Positions 40,022 through 50,000 of a stretch of 64,000 nucleotides of DNA are shown piece after piece. The position numbers were made by a program, and so were the translations under genes. Numbering within the stretch: the stretch's first letter is position 1; every line of letters starts with the position of its first letter. The notes under the pieces are model-generated. The model saw nothing but the letters and a program-made list of their open reading frames with translations, was not told the origin of the DNA and made no database searches. Origin of the DNA: an uncultured archaeon (GTDB taxonomy: Archaea > Thermoplasmatota > Penumbrarchaeia > JASLWR01); the NCBI GenBank assembly GCA_964430885.1, contig CAYSHM010000001.1, positions 160,001 through 224,000 on the forward strand, given 5' to 3'.

Positions 40022-40052
40022 GCCACATTCAATTCCGAATCAAGATGGTAAC

Positions 40053-40991
40053 ATGATAAGATGCGATAGGTGCGGGAAAAGAGCAATAATATTCACTCGG
40101 TACAGTGGATTACATCTCTGCGAGAATCATTTCGATGAATTTTTCATGAAAAGGGTGAAACGTGAGATAAGAAAGCAGGTAGATCTGAAAAAAGTAAAAA
40201 CACTGGTAGTGGCTTTATCCGGTGGTAAGGATTCTGGATCTGCATTATTGGTATTGAAAAGAATATTGGGCAAAATCCCCGCCCTCAAGATCATAGCATT
40301 ATCTATCAATGAAGGAATATCCGGTTATAGGGGGGCTTCAATTGAAGCAGCTGGCCTTCTGTGTGAAATGCTGAAAATTGAACACATGATTGTTTCCTTC
40401 GAGGATGTCATTGGATTGACCATTGATGAAGTGACCTTACTGAACACTGCTCTGACTCCCTGTTCATACTGCGGTGTATGGAGGAAAAAGTGTCTTAACA
40501 TAGCGGCCAAGGATATGGGCGCCGATGCTCTGGTGATGGGCCATAATCTTGACGACATGGCACAATCAATACTTATGAATGTATTCAAGGCAGAGGTGGA
40601 TAGGATGCTCAGAATGGGTCCGCATAGAAGGATAATACCTGGTTTCATCCCTCGAATAATGCCCTTCAAAACAATTCCTGAAAAGGAAACCTTTATCTGG
40701 GCGGAGTTGAATGAGATCCCCTTTGTCGAAGATTCTTGTCCTAACTCAGTGACAGCTCATCGGGGTTTGTTCAGGGATGTTCTTAATATGGTTGAAAGGA
40801 ACACACCGGGGACCAGACACAGACTGCTGAAAACCTACGAGACCATCTATGCGATGAATGATAATAGGGACCTTATTCCAAAGTTAAATAAATGCACTGT
40901 TTGCTACGAACCAACTTCAGGCGAGAAATGTCAAGCCTGCCTTTTTCAAATAGAGATTAAGAAAATGCTGCAGGAAGCAAAAGCAGATTGA
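40053..40991 (+). CDS. tRNA 2-thiolation protein TtuA/NcsA (TIGR00269 family)
   Basis: CDRC...LCENHF, SGGKDS, CSYC, GHNLDD, CP, C-terminal CTVC/CQAC; start moved to ATG 40053 (ORF track starts at 39975). Confidence 0.9.
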   Translation: MIRCDRCGKRAIIFTRYSGLHLCENHFDEFFMKRVKREIRKQVDLKKVKTLVVALSGGKDSGSALLVLKRILGKIPALKIIALSINEGISGYRGASIEAAGLLCEMLKIEHMIVSFEDVIGLTIDEVTLLNTALTPCSYCGVWRKKCLNIAAKDMGADALVMGHNLDDMAQSILMNVFKAEVDRMLRMGPHRRIIPGFIPRIMPFKTIPEKETFIWAELNEIPFVEDSCPNSVTAHRGLFRDVLNMVERNTPGTRHRLLKTYETIYAMNDNRDLIPKLNKCTVCYEPTSGEKCQACLFQIEIKKMLQEAKAD

Positions 40992-41232
40992 TATATTATT
41001 GCTGTCAGCATTGCTGGCTTTTAATTATTCATTAATCAAAATGAATTGGTCAGTCATGATAACTAGTCGATTTAGAATATTAAGCTCCAGATTTTCACGG
41101 TTCTTGAAATAATATTAATAATAATGTCGCCGGTGAGTTTGATGATGATTATGAATTATATTATTTTGGAAAATATTTAAATAATTATTATATTATTGTT
41201 TCATGCCTGAGTAATTCATCAACTGAGGTTGT

Positions 41233-42393
41233 TTGCATATGGTAAGGTACACATATGTTTTCATGTCCATTTCTCTGGGTTTTTTACTGCTTTTGACAAT
41301 TATGATAATCATATTTTTCAGTCAAAGAAGAAGGAGAATTAAGGTCGCGAAGATTAAAGAAAAATCCGAGAATGATGTCATAGCAGAGCCTATAGTAAAC
41401 AATGAGGAATCTGTAATAGATTGCGATAATCTCCCTGTGATACCAGTTTCAAGGGATATGGGACATGGTATTGATTTGGACCCAAATGCTGAAGAGAAAT
41501 CCGAAAAAAGACCTATAATGATAGTGGCAGAAAATACCAAGGAGTTCGGCTATAATCTTTTCAGAATAAATGAATCAACATCGTGCGATATATGTTTCGG
41601 AGAGATGAAGGAGGGATTGTTGGCAGTAGGGTGTAATTGCGGGAAGAAATATCATGATCAGTGCCTTCTCAGAGTTGGAGAATGTTCAAATTGCCGCGTA
41701 GTGTTTTCATACCGAGAAATGAAGGAAGCAGAGGAGAGTTACACTCCAAGTGTTAACCTCGGAACCGGTTCTGATAAAACAAAGACTTCAAAAAAATCGG
41801 GAGTCAAGGAAAAATTAAAAATAGAAATAGAGGGCAAATCGCCGCAAATAAAAACTAACAATCAAAAGGGAAAGGCTCCAGTAAAAAGTATTGAGCGCCA
41901 AATTGAAGATGTCTTTGTTGAAGAAGATTTGGAATTAAAAATTGAACTTGAGGAGCCGCAGAAAAGCTCTCGCACAGCTAGTAAATCGAAAAAAGAAATC
42001 GCTTTGAAGAAAAAAAGGTTCTTTCCTTCAAAAGATGAACCTGCTCTAGTAATTATTGATCGCTCAGTGAACTGCAAGATATGTTTTGGGACTATTAAGA
42101 GCGGTTTGGAAGTTATTCACTGTTCCTGTGGCAAAGTCCACCATTCGTCATGTGCTATAAGAGTGGGAGAATGTCCGTACTGTTCCAGTGATTACTCCGG
42201 TTTTCTTAAGGATGCCGATGAGAATGCCCTTATAGAAAATGTTATGGATAGTAAAACCGGAACGAGCGAGAAATTCGAGAATAAGATACCGCATGATAAA
42301 GATGATGATCTTTTACTCCAGCTGAAGAAGCGTCTGGTGAACGGGGATATAAGTATTGAAGAATTCTACCGTATGAGAAAAGTCATAGAATGA
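41233..42393 (+). CDS. Membrane-anchored protein with two C4HC3 RING/PHD-like fingers and C-terminal SHOCT
   Basis: N-terminal TM followed by RRRR; two C-x2-C-x12-C-x-C-x4-H-x2-C-x6-C-x2-C motifs; LKKRLVNGDISIEEF. Confidence 0.75.
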   Translation: MHMVRYTYVFMSISLGFLLLLTIMIIIFFSQRRRRIKVAKIKEKSENDVIAEPIVNNEESVIDCDNLPVIPVSRDMGHGIDLDPNAEEKSEKRPIMIVAENTKEFGYNLFRINESTSCDICFGEMKEGLLAVGCNCGKKYHDQCLLRVGECSNCRVVFSYREMKEAEESYTPSVNLGTGSDKTKTSKKSGVKEKLKIEIEGKSPQIKTNNQKGKAPVKSIERQIEDVFVEEDLELKIELEEPQKSSRTASKSKKEIALKKKRFFPSKDEPALVIIDRSVNCKICFGTIKSGLEVIHCSCGKVHHSSCAIRVGECPYCSSDYSGFLKDADENALIENVMDSKTGTSEKFENKIPHDKDDDLLLQLKKRLVNGDISIEEFYRMRKVIE

Positions 42394-42410
42394 AATTCAA
42401 TTATCCAATC

Positions 42411-44063
42411 CTACATTTCCTTCTCCCTTAGCTCCTTTCTCTTTATCTTTCCCGATATTGTCTTTGGAAGATCCTTAACGTATTCAATTATCCTCGGATA
42501 TTTGTATGGTGCAGTGGTTCTTTTGACATAATCCTGTATATCCATTGTGAGTTCATCAGAGGGTTCGTAATCCTTGGCTAGTATAATGTAGGCTTTTACA
42601 AGTATACCTCTTATTCCCTTTGGATCATCGACCCCTATTACAGCACATTCAGCAACCGAGGGATGCTCCATTAAAGCGGATTCCACTTCGAAAGGTCCGA
42701 TCCGGTATCCGGATGATTTGATGACATCATCGTCTCTGCCCACGAACCAGAAATAACCTTCAGCATCCTTATAGGCTCTATCCCCGGTAAAATAGAAATC
42801 ATGCAGGAACGCCTTTGACATAGCTTCCTCGTCCTTCCAGTATTCTTTGAGAAGACCAGGGGGTATTTCATCACCAAGGTAAATGGCGATGTTTCCCTCT
42901 TCCATGGGTTCCATTTCATTTCCCTCATCGTCCACTATCCTTACGTCATGACCAGGGGTTGGTTTCCCCACTGATCCGTACTTGATCTTCATAAAAGGGA
43001 AGTTTGACAGCAAACATACGGTTTCGGTCTGCCCGTAAAAATCATAGATGTCAAGATCGAATGTCTCTTTCCATACCTTGATAACCTCAGGGTTCAATGG
43101 TTCTCCCGCTGACATGCAGTGTCTCAATTGCAGGTTATATTTCCCAAGGTCCTTTTGTATGAGAATCCTGTAAACTGTAGGCGGCGCGCAGAAGCTGGTG
43201 ACGCCGTGTCTTTCCATGGCTCTAAGCAGACCGTCAGGGTCAAATCTTCCTGGTGTTTCCCATTGAATTATGGCTGCGCCAACTATCATCTGGCCGAAGA
43301 GTTTACCCCAGGCAGCCTTTGCCCAACCGGTTTCAGAGATGGTCCAGTGAAGGTCTGAGGATTTCAGGGCCTGGGCGAATCTCGCGGTCACTTCATGTCC
43401 CATTGCATATGAATGATTATGAAGTACCATTTTGGGCTGTCCAGTCGTACCGGAAGTAAAGTACAGGAGCATGGGTTCATCAGATCTGGTGGATTCCAAT
43501 TTTTCAATGTCCAGATAGGGGGATACCTTTTTCATTTCTGCCTTGAAATGAAGCCATTCCAGAACTGGTGCGTCAACAACCATTTTATGTTCAAGTGTGG
43601 GGCATTCTGCCGCGACTCTCTCCACTCTTCCCACATGGTTGACATCGGTAATGACCATGTTGGCTCCGGCCCGGTTGATTCGGTATTTGACATCCTTTGA
43701 AGTGAGAAGTACCGTACCGGGCATGGGTATGACACCCATCTTGAACATACCTATTAAGACAATATACCATTCAGGTATGGACTCCAGCATGACAAGCGCT
43801 CGGTCCCCTTTCTTGATGCCTAGGTTCTTTAGGACATTTACAAATCTATCAGAAAGTCTCTTAAGGTCATAAAAAGTGTGATAACTGGCTTTCTCGCCGT
43901 CTGGGTGGATGGAGACGAGAGCCAGTTTTGTTCTGTCCTTGGCCCATTTGTCCACCACCTCAAATCCAAAATTATAATATTCTGGAACGTCCCAATGGAA
44001 TTCCTTGTAAAGCTTTTCATAGGTGATATTTTTTTCAAGTAGTCTCTCCTGCTGTTTTTCCAT
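42411..44063 (-). CDS. Medium-chain acyl-CoA synthetase (AMP-forming)
   Basis: YFTSGTTGQPKMV, SAGEPLN, FYGQTET, TGD, GRDDDVIKSSGYRIGPFEVE, LPKTISGKI; start moved to ATG 44063 after AAGGTGA. Confidence 0.92.
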   Translation of the reverse strand: MEKQQERLLEKNITYEKLYKEFHWDVPEYYNFGFEVVDKWAKDRTKLALVSIHPDGEKASYHTFYDLKRLSDRFVNVLKNLGIKKGDRALVMLESIPEWYIVLIGMFKMGVIPMPGTVLLTSKDVKYRINRAGANMVITDVNHVGRVERVAAECPTLEHKMVVDAPVLEWLHFKAEMKKVSPYLDIEKLESTRSDEPMLLYFTSGTTGQPKMVLHNHSYAMGHEVTARFAQALKSSDLHWTISETGWAKAAWGKLFGQMIVGAAIIQWETPGRFDPDGLLRAMERHGVTSFCAPPTVYRILIQKDLGKYNLQLRHCMSAGEPLNPEVIKVWKETFDLDIYDFYGQTETVCLLSNFPFMKIKYGSVGKPTPGHDVRIVDDEGNEMEPMEEGNIAIYLGDEIPPGLLKEYWKDEEAMSKAFLHDFYFTGDRAYKDAEGYFWFVGRDDDVIKSSGYRIGPFEVESALMEHPSVAECAVIGVDDPKGIRGILVKAYIILAKDYEPSDELTMDIQDYVKRTTAPYKYPRIIEYVKDLPKTISGKIKRKELREKEM

Positions 44064-44383
44064 TAGTTTCACCTTTTTTGATGTTTCATCCTTAAGAAAA
44101 CACTTCTTGGATAAATGAATCTTCATTCTCATATAAAATATAGTTCATGGCTGCTTAATTGTAATGATATATACTTAACCATTACCATTTTTTTTATCAT
44201 ATTTGCTTTCAACTATGTAGATGAAATATAAATGGATAATTAAGTGTTCTGGCAAAGATTACAATTTCTCGTTCTTCACAGTTTGATCCGAAAATATTCC
44301 GAGTGAAATATTTAATTAGCATTTCATCATAGAATTGACATAAATATATAAAATTTATTAGTAAGGAATTAATTCCTTTTTGA

Positions 44384-44791
44384 TTAATTTTTCGGAACCC
44401 GTTGGGCCAATTTTCCCCTCGGCTCATTTTCCAAGCGCATAAGTCCTATCTGCAGGAGTGTTTCAATGAAGGCCCAAACCCTCCTGCTGACGGGTTCTAT
44501 CCGTTCCTGGAACTCACCGTCCATTATTGTACATATTTCGGCAAAATTCCTTCTTCCATCACTTAGAAGCCATATTCTGGATCCCATGTCATCCAATGGT
44601 CTGCGGATCAGTTCAGGACCGCCTATCTTTCTCTGGATCCTTCTCTCGAAATCCTTGAGGTTCTTTCTATAAGAAATGACCACAATCCCTTTTCTCATAT
44701 CCCACTTGACAGGATTTCTAACTGGATAGATGCTAGTTACTCTTTTTAGAATGACTTCGGTATTTTTTTCTTTTGAAGAAGAAGGTTCCAT
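44384..44791 (-). CDS. PqqD-family (RiPP recognition element-like) protein
   Basis: PLDDMGSRIWLLSDGRRNFAEICTIMDGEF...FIETLLQIGLM. Confidence 0.75.
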   Translation of the reverse strand: MEPSSSKEKNTEVILKRVTSIYPVRNPVKWDMRKGIVVISYRKNLKDFERRIQRKIGGPELIRRPLDDMGSRIWLLSDGRRNFAEICTIMDGEFQERIEPVSRRVWAFIETLLQIGLMRLENEPRGKLAQRVPKN

Positions 44792-44857
44792 GGGCTATCT
44801 CCAATGAAAATTGATTTTAATAGATATTGATGAAAAAGAACATTGCAGGGACTCGAT

Positions 44858-46501
44858 TCAGGCATTGATATTCTGAATCTCGGGTCTGCAGTTCATGAAA
44901 TCGATGACAGTGGCTTTAAGGTCCTTCAGATTTACAACTGTTACTTTAGCCGGAACCGGGTCGAAATTATGCCTTTTCTGGTAATCGGTCTGGGATTGCC
45001 AGGTGGAACCGTTAATAAGAAGCGTCTTGCGGTAAATATCCACTCCGAAAGAATGGGTGTGCCCGGTGAGGAATATGTCCGGTTCAGGATCAATGACCAG
45101 ATAGTCTTCCTTTTCAGGGGCCAATGGCGTTTTCATACCATACATCGGAAGTATGTGTCTTCTATCCAACATTTGCTTCATGGATTCTATGGGGTTGGTG
45201 TAATTCAGTTCGGAGCGTATTGTAATCCAATCGTCTATGGCAGCTCCGTGATATGCCAAAACTCTCACACCGTTCAGTTGGAACATGGAAGGATTCCCTA
45301 GAAAGGTGACCCTAGAATTGAATAGATCCCTAATATCCTCTTTGAGGGCAGGTTGAGGTTCAGAAGGTCTGACAGCGTCGTGATTTCCGGGTATGATGAC
45401 GGTGGAAATATGTTCAGGCAGCACATCCAAATATTTGGCCAGCATTTTGTACTGCATATCAATATCAACAATATCAAGGTCAAATTTCTGATTTGGATAT
45501 ATCCCTATTCCATCAGCCACATCCCCGCCCATGACAATATATTTTATCTTGTTCACAAGTTCAGACCCGGATTCAAACCCTCCATTCAGCCATTTGACGA
45601 ATGCCATCCACTGGTTTTCTAAAAATGTTTTTGATCCCAAATGTATATCTGATATGAAAACAGCATATATTTCCTCACTGCAGAGGTTGTTTTTCCGGCT
45701 CCAGTTGATGGAAGGCCTAGTAATCCCATCAACGTAGAACCGGTCCCTTTTCCTGTTGGGCCTTCCCATTACCCCAATGACCTCATCATGAACCATGTCC
45801 CGAGGTATAGGTTTAGGTCCTTTCTGCTCGTCTGGGATAATACAGATCATTGTTCCTGAGTCATCTTCCAGCTCAAAGCCGTATACTTTGCCTTCCTTGT
45901 TAGACCGAATATCGGCAACCAAACCCACGAGTTTCTGCGATTCATTACTGTCGTACAACTGTCGGCTTCCCGATCTAAGCTGAGCTACTGAGGTAACAGG
46001 ACTTCTGTCCTTTTGTATGATTTCCTTCAATTTCGAAAAACGGGAGTTGAAAAGATTAATGAAATCTGTTTTTTCCCCTTCGCACAATGATTTTCCGGTG
46101 ATATCCCTATCAATAGTTATACTGGATTCAATTGAGCTGTAGCCAGGTTCAACTTTGAAAGAGGGTTCGAAATTTTTTGCAAAACCCAAGGGCTTATTCT
46201 CATTATCGCATTCTAAAGTGAAGGGTGGGATGCATTCTAGTTCATCTGAAGATATGTCCTCCCCTTCTTCCTCGGATTCATCAGGGTGGTCATTTTCAAG
46301 TTCTTCTTTGTTTTCCAAGACATGGTGGATAGTGCCCAGGTCTATTATTCTAGAACCATAGATTCTCAATAATGGGATTAGACCCTCGATAAATACTTTG
46401 GGCTCCTTTTGTTTTGCAATATATTCAGTTGCAGGGCCGTTTATGAGCCAACCTTTTCGGGCAAAAATTCCTGCTATGGTTCCCTTCATTATCTCTACCA
46501 T
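44858..46501 (-). CDS. polB: DNA polymerase D (Pol II) small subunit DP1
   Basis: OB fold (LEDDSG), ISDIHLGS, GDVADGIGIYPNQ, PGNHD, YHG, RHILP, GHTH, WQSQTDYQ; start probably ATG 46501 (ORF track starts at 46717). Confidence 0.95.
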   Translation of the reverse strand: MVEIMKGTIAGIFARKGWLINGPATEYIAKQKEPKVFIEGLIPLLRIYGSRIIDLGTIHHVLENKEELENDHPDESEEEGEDISSDELECIPPFTLECDNENKPLGFAKNFEPSFKVEPGYSSIESSITIDRDITGKSLCEGEKTDFINLFNSRFSKLKEIIQKDRSPVTSVAQLRSGSRQLYDSNESQKLVGLVADIRSNKEGKVYGFELEDDSGTMICIIPDEQKGPKPIPRDMVHDEVIGVMGRPNRKRDRFYVDGITRPSINWSRKNNLCSEEIYAVFISDIHLGSKTFLENQWMAFVKWLNGGFESGSELVNKIKYIVMGGDVADGIGIYPNQKFDLDIVDIDMQYKMLAKYLDVLPEHISTVIIPGNHDAVRPSEPQPALKEDIRDLFNSRVTFLGNPSMFQLNGVRVLAYHGAAIDDWITIRSELNYTNPIESMKQMLDRRHILPMYGMKTPLAPEKEDYLVIDPEPDIFLTGHTHSFGVDIYRKTLLINGSTWQSQTDYQKRHNFDPVPAKVTVVNLKDLKATVIDFMNCRPEIQNINA

Positions 46502-46733
46502 AACCGCCCGCAGTCTAAATAATTTATGCTCACATATTCCCCATTTCATACAACTAGTTAAAACCCCTGGCTGAATGTACATGAAACAGTATTGATGAAA
46601 TATGAAGCGGTAGTTGGAGTGAGAAGAATTAAAAAGGGATTTGGCTGATTGGGTTGAAAGTATTACCTTATAAATAATCGCTGAATTAATCCATATATAT
46701 TTATTAGTGTTCCTCATTGTTGGTGTTTATTGA

Positions 46734-46970
46734 ACCTGACAGCTATAGGGCCTAACCTGGTGTTAGATATATGTCCAAAGCAAGTCAGGTGAGATGATCA
46801 ACCTATATTCAATATGCAGTCTTATATCCAATCTGATCAGATGCATATGTTCGATATATTAACTAGGAATATACCTGTCATTTACAGCAGGGTATATTGC
46901 AGAGTGTAAACTTTGAAGAAAATCAAAGGACCGTATTGGGATCCGATTCATGATCCAATATGGATTCTTT
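46734..46970 (+). ncRNA. Candidate structured RNA with four consecutive hairpins (strand uncertain)
   Basis: ACCTGAC/GTCAGGT, ATATGCA/TGCATAT, AATATACCTG/CAGGGTATATT, AAAGGA-CCGTATTGG/CCAATATGG-TTCTTT. Confidence 0.35.
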
Positions 46971-47023
46971 AGTATGGAATAATTTAAATCGATGCAACAG
47001 CCAAAATCTATTTGGTGATACCT

Positions 47024-50000
47024 ATGAAAGGTGCCTGGAATAATAATCCAACAGCGGTAAGCAGGGCAAGCTTCCGAAGACGTATTACTGTATATTATTT
47101 TGTATTCATGCTAATTTTCACAGGTTACAACTTCTTTAGCTTTGAAATAACGCCAGTTTTGGCCCAAGGTCCGGAAGACTACACCATTCCTGAAGGAGAT
47201 GTTTTTTATTTGGATGATCTGGTTACCTATTCAAACGGTAGTGTGACCAATGACACCAATGTTTTCATTGTTCATTCCAATATTACATTACCCTGGAACT
47301 CCACACTGAAAATCAATTCAAGTACAGTTCTGAAATTTAATACTGGTAAATCCATGTTTGTCTGGGGCAAGCTGATAATTGACGGTCAACCCGGATCACA
47401 TGTTTACGTCACATCGAATTCCTCTCAGCCTTTCAAGGGTATAAGGATATTGAGCAACACAACGACCTCTTATATAAATAACACAATCATCAATAATGCT
47501 ACTGAACCCCTGGTTCTCATAAACACCACACTTGAGCTCTTAAATATTACAATAGATACTTCAGCTGAAAACGCGATTTCGATTTATAATAGTACATTTG
47601 TTTTCAATGATGGTTTGGTGAACGGCAGCGGTACCGGAATCCTTGGTGATATGGTAAATGATATTACCATAAAGAATGTGACCTTCTCGAATTTGGCGGC
47701 CGGTATACAAATCAACGATTTTCTGCTGAATGCCACCCTTGATATAATGGATATTAATATGTATAATATTACTTCCAGGGGACTTCAGACCAATTCGAAT
47801 TTTAATTATAGTATTCTAATATCCACCCTTAACATATCCGATGCCGGGCACGGCCTCTCTTTGATTGGAGGAAATTTTACTATGGCAAATTCCACCGTTA
47901 CAGGGAAGGGCGACGGAATGGGAATGGAAGTTCAGGATCTAATTGCTATGGCTGGATTTAATATTTCCATTGAGGGATTTGATACTGGTGTCCAGGCGAA
48001 GAATATTTCGTGGTGCCATATTGATATGATCACATTACAAAACCTTACGAATGGCGTTTTATTGAAGGAAATGAACAACACAGGCATCAGTAATGTTACA
48101 ATATCACAGATTTCTTCGGCCGGTATCGGTGTCAACGCATCTCGAGAAATAAATTTACTTGGTTTGGACATATCCGATTGCCCTTTTGGAGTTCATTTCA
48201 AATCCAGTATCAATATTAACATCGGCAATGCAGTGATAGGGGACACACAGTATGGAATAGCTTTTTTGGATTCAGAGGGAATAAATCTAGAAGAAATTGA
48301 TATTGATGATGCTACATTTTCTGGAATCCACATACAAAATAGTTCCGTGGAGGCTTGGATGGGTATATCCATAAACAATACTTCAGACGGTATAATTGGT
48401 GAGCGGGTTACTGATTTCTACATTGAGCAATTCCATAGCGTATTCATTACCAACTGCAGCAACTATGGGTATGAATTCTTCAACAGCAGTATGATAAATA
48501 TCTCAGGCCAGTCTCTTTGGAATGATATTGGGGGTGGAGTTCATTATAAGAACGTATCCAGCATTAATATTATGGATATGGAGGTTTATACTCCTTTATC
48601 CTATCCGGTCAATATAAATAACACTCTTTCCCCCTTGGCCCAGGCAAATATTCAGGATTCTCATATACTCAACGGGTCAGGCGGCATACTGTTAAGAGGC
48701 AATATGACCGATAGAACAAGTGTAAGAATCACCAATACTACCTTTTCGGATTACGGAGAGGAGTATCTTAACGCAACAAATGCAAATATTACGAGCCTGA
48801 ACAGCACCTTTGTCCAAGAAGAGATTTGGCTGAATTATTCGAATATGTACATCGAATTTTTCCTTAACGCGGACATATCCAATCTCTGCGGGACTGATCT
48901 GCTCATGAACAATATTACTGTGATCGCTTCGGACAACATAACAAAGCAGGTATACCCTGGAAATAACCTGGGAGAATATAGGTGGCTCAACATCACATTT
49001 GGAATGATCAACGCTACAAATACCACAAATTATACCTTTTACAGCCCACTGACCGTTCATCCCCAGGAAATCGGTTATGAAGGGGATAACGAGACCATAT
49101 CACAATTCCAGAATCATCATTTGTCATTCTCCATGAGGGATATTATGGCTCCCATGACCGAGTACATGATCAAACACTTTGTTGGGACGGTCACCTATAT
49201 CCTAAACGAGACATCGACAATATCCTTGATAGCTGACGATACTGGGGGTTGCGGGGGCTGTACAATATTCTACAATATTAATTGGTCCCAGGGAGAGACG
49301 GGGATCATGCCCTACGCAGGAAATATAACGCCCTACAATTCAAGTGGAGAGGTAGAGGGCAATTATACCATGGAATTCTACTCGAGAGATTCTGCTGGGA
49401 ATACCGAGGAGACCCAGATATTACACCTATACGTCGATACATCTCCCCCTCTCCTGAACGATGTTGATATCAAGGATGGTTACAGGGATGATATTGCTCA
49501 TATCTGGAATCTTTCGAGTACATCGGAGATCACCCTGAACTATACCGACGTTTCAGATATCTTATATTACTGGTATTATATAAATGGGATTTATTATCAG
49601 TCTCCATTCCCCACTTTTATCATTGCCAGCGAATTCATGGGGATCCCCGATGGCACCTATACGATAATGTTCGGTGCAATGGATAATCTCGGTCACAACA
49701 CCACCGGAGCAAATATAACTATTGTATTGGACAATACTGCCCCGGAAGTGATTGAATGGTTCTCACATTCCATCGTGGACCTGGATGATTCACAGTTCTT
49801 TGTCGCGAATTCAACTGTATTCAATCTCACTGGAACCGATGCACTATGCGGTTTAAAAAGGATATATTTTAGACTGGATGGATATGATTATGATTATACG
49901 GTGAACTTGACCATCGGCGATATGGTTTCAGGGATGGATATTGGGGATAGGGAGGGAGCCCATATTCTTCTTATAGGCGCAGAAGATAACTTGGGAAATA

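Noticed and set aside
46502-47011. oriC next to polB
   Set aside because: No adjacent cdc6/orc1 and no repeated ORB elements recognised
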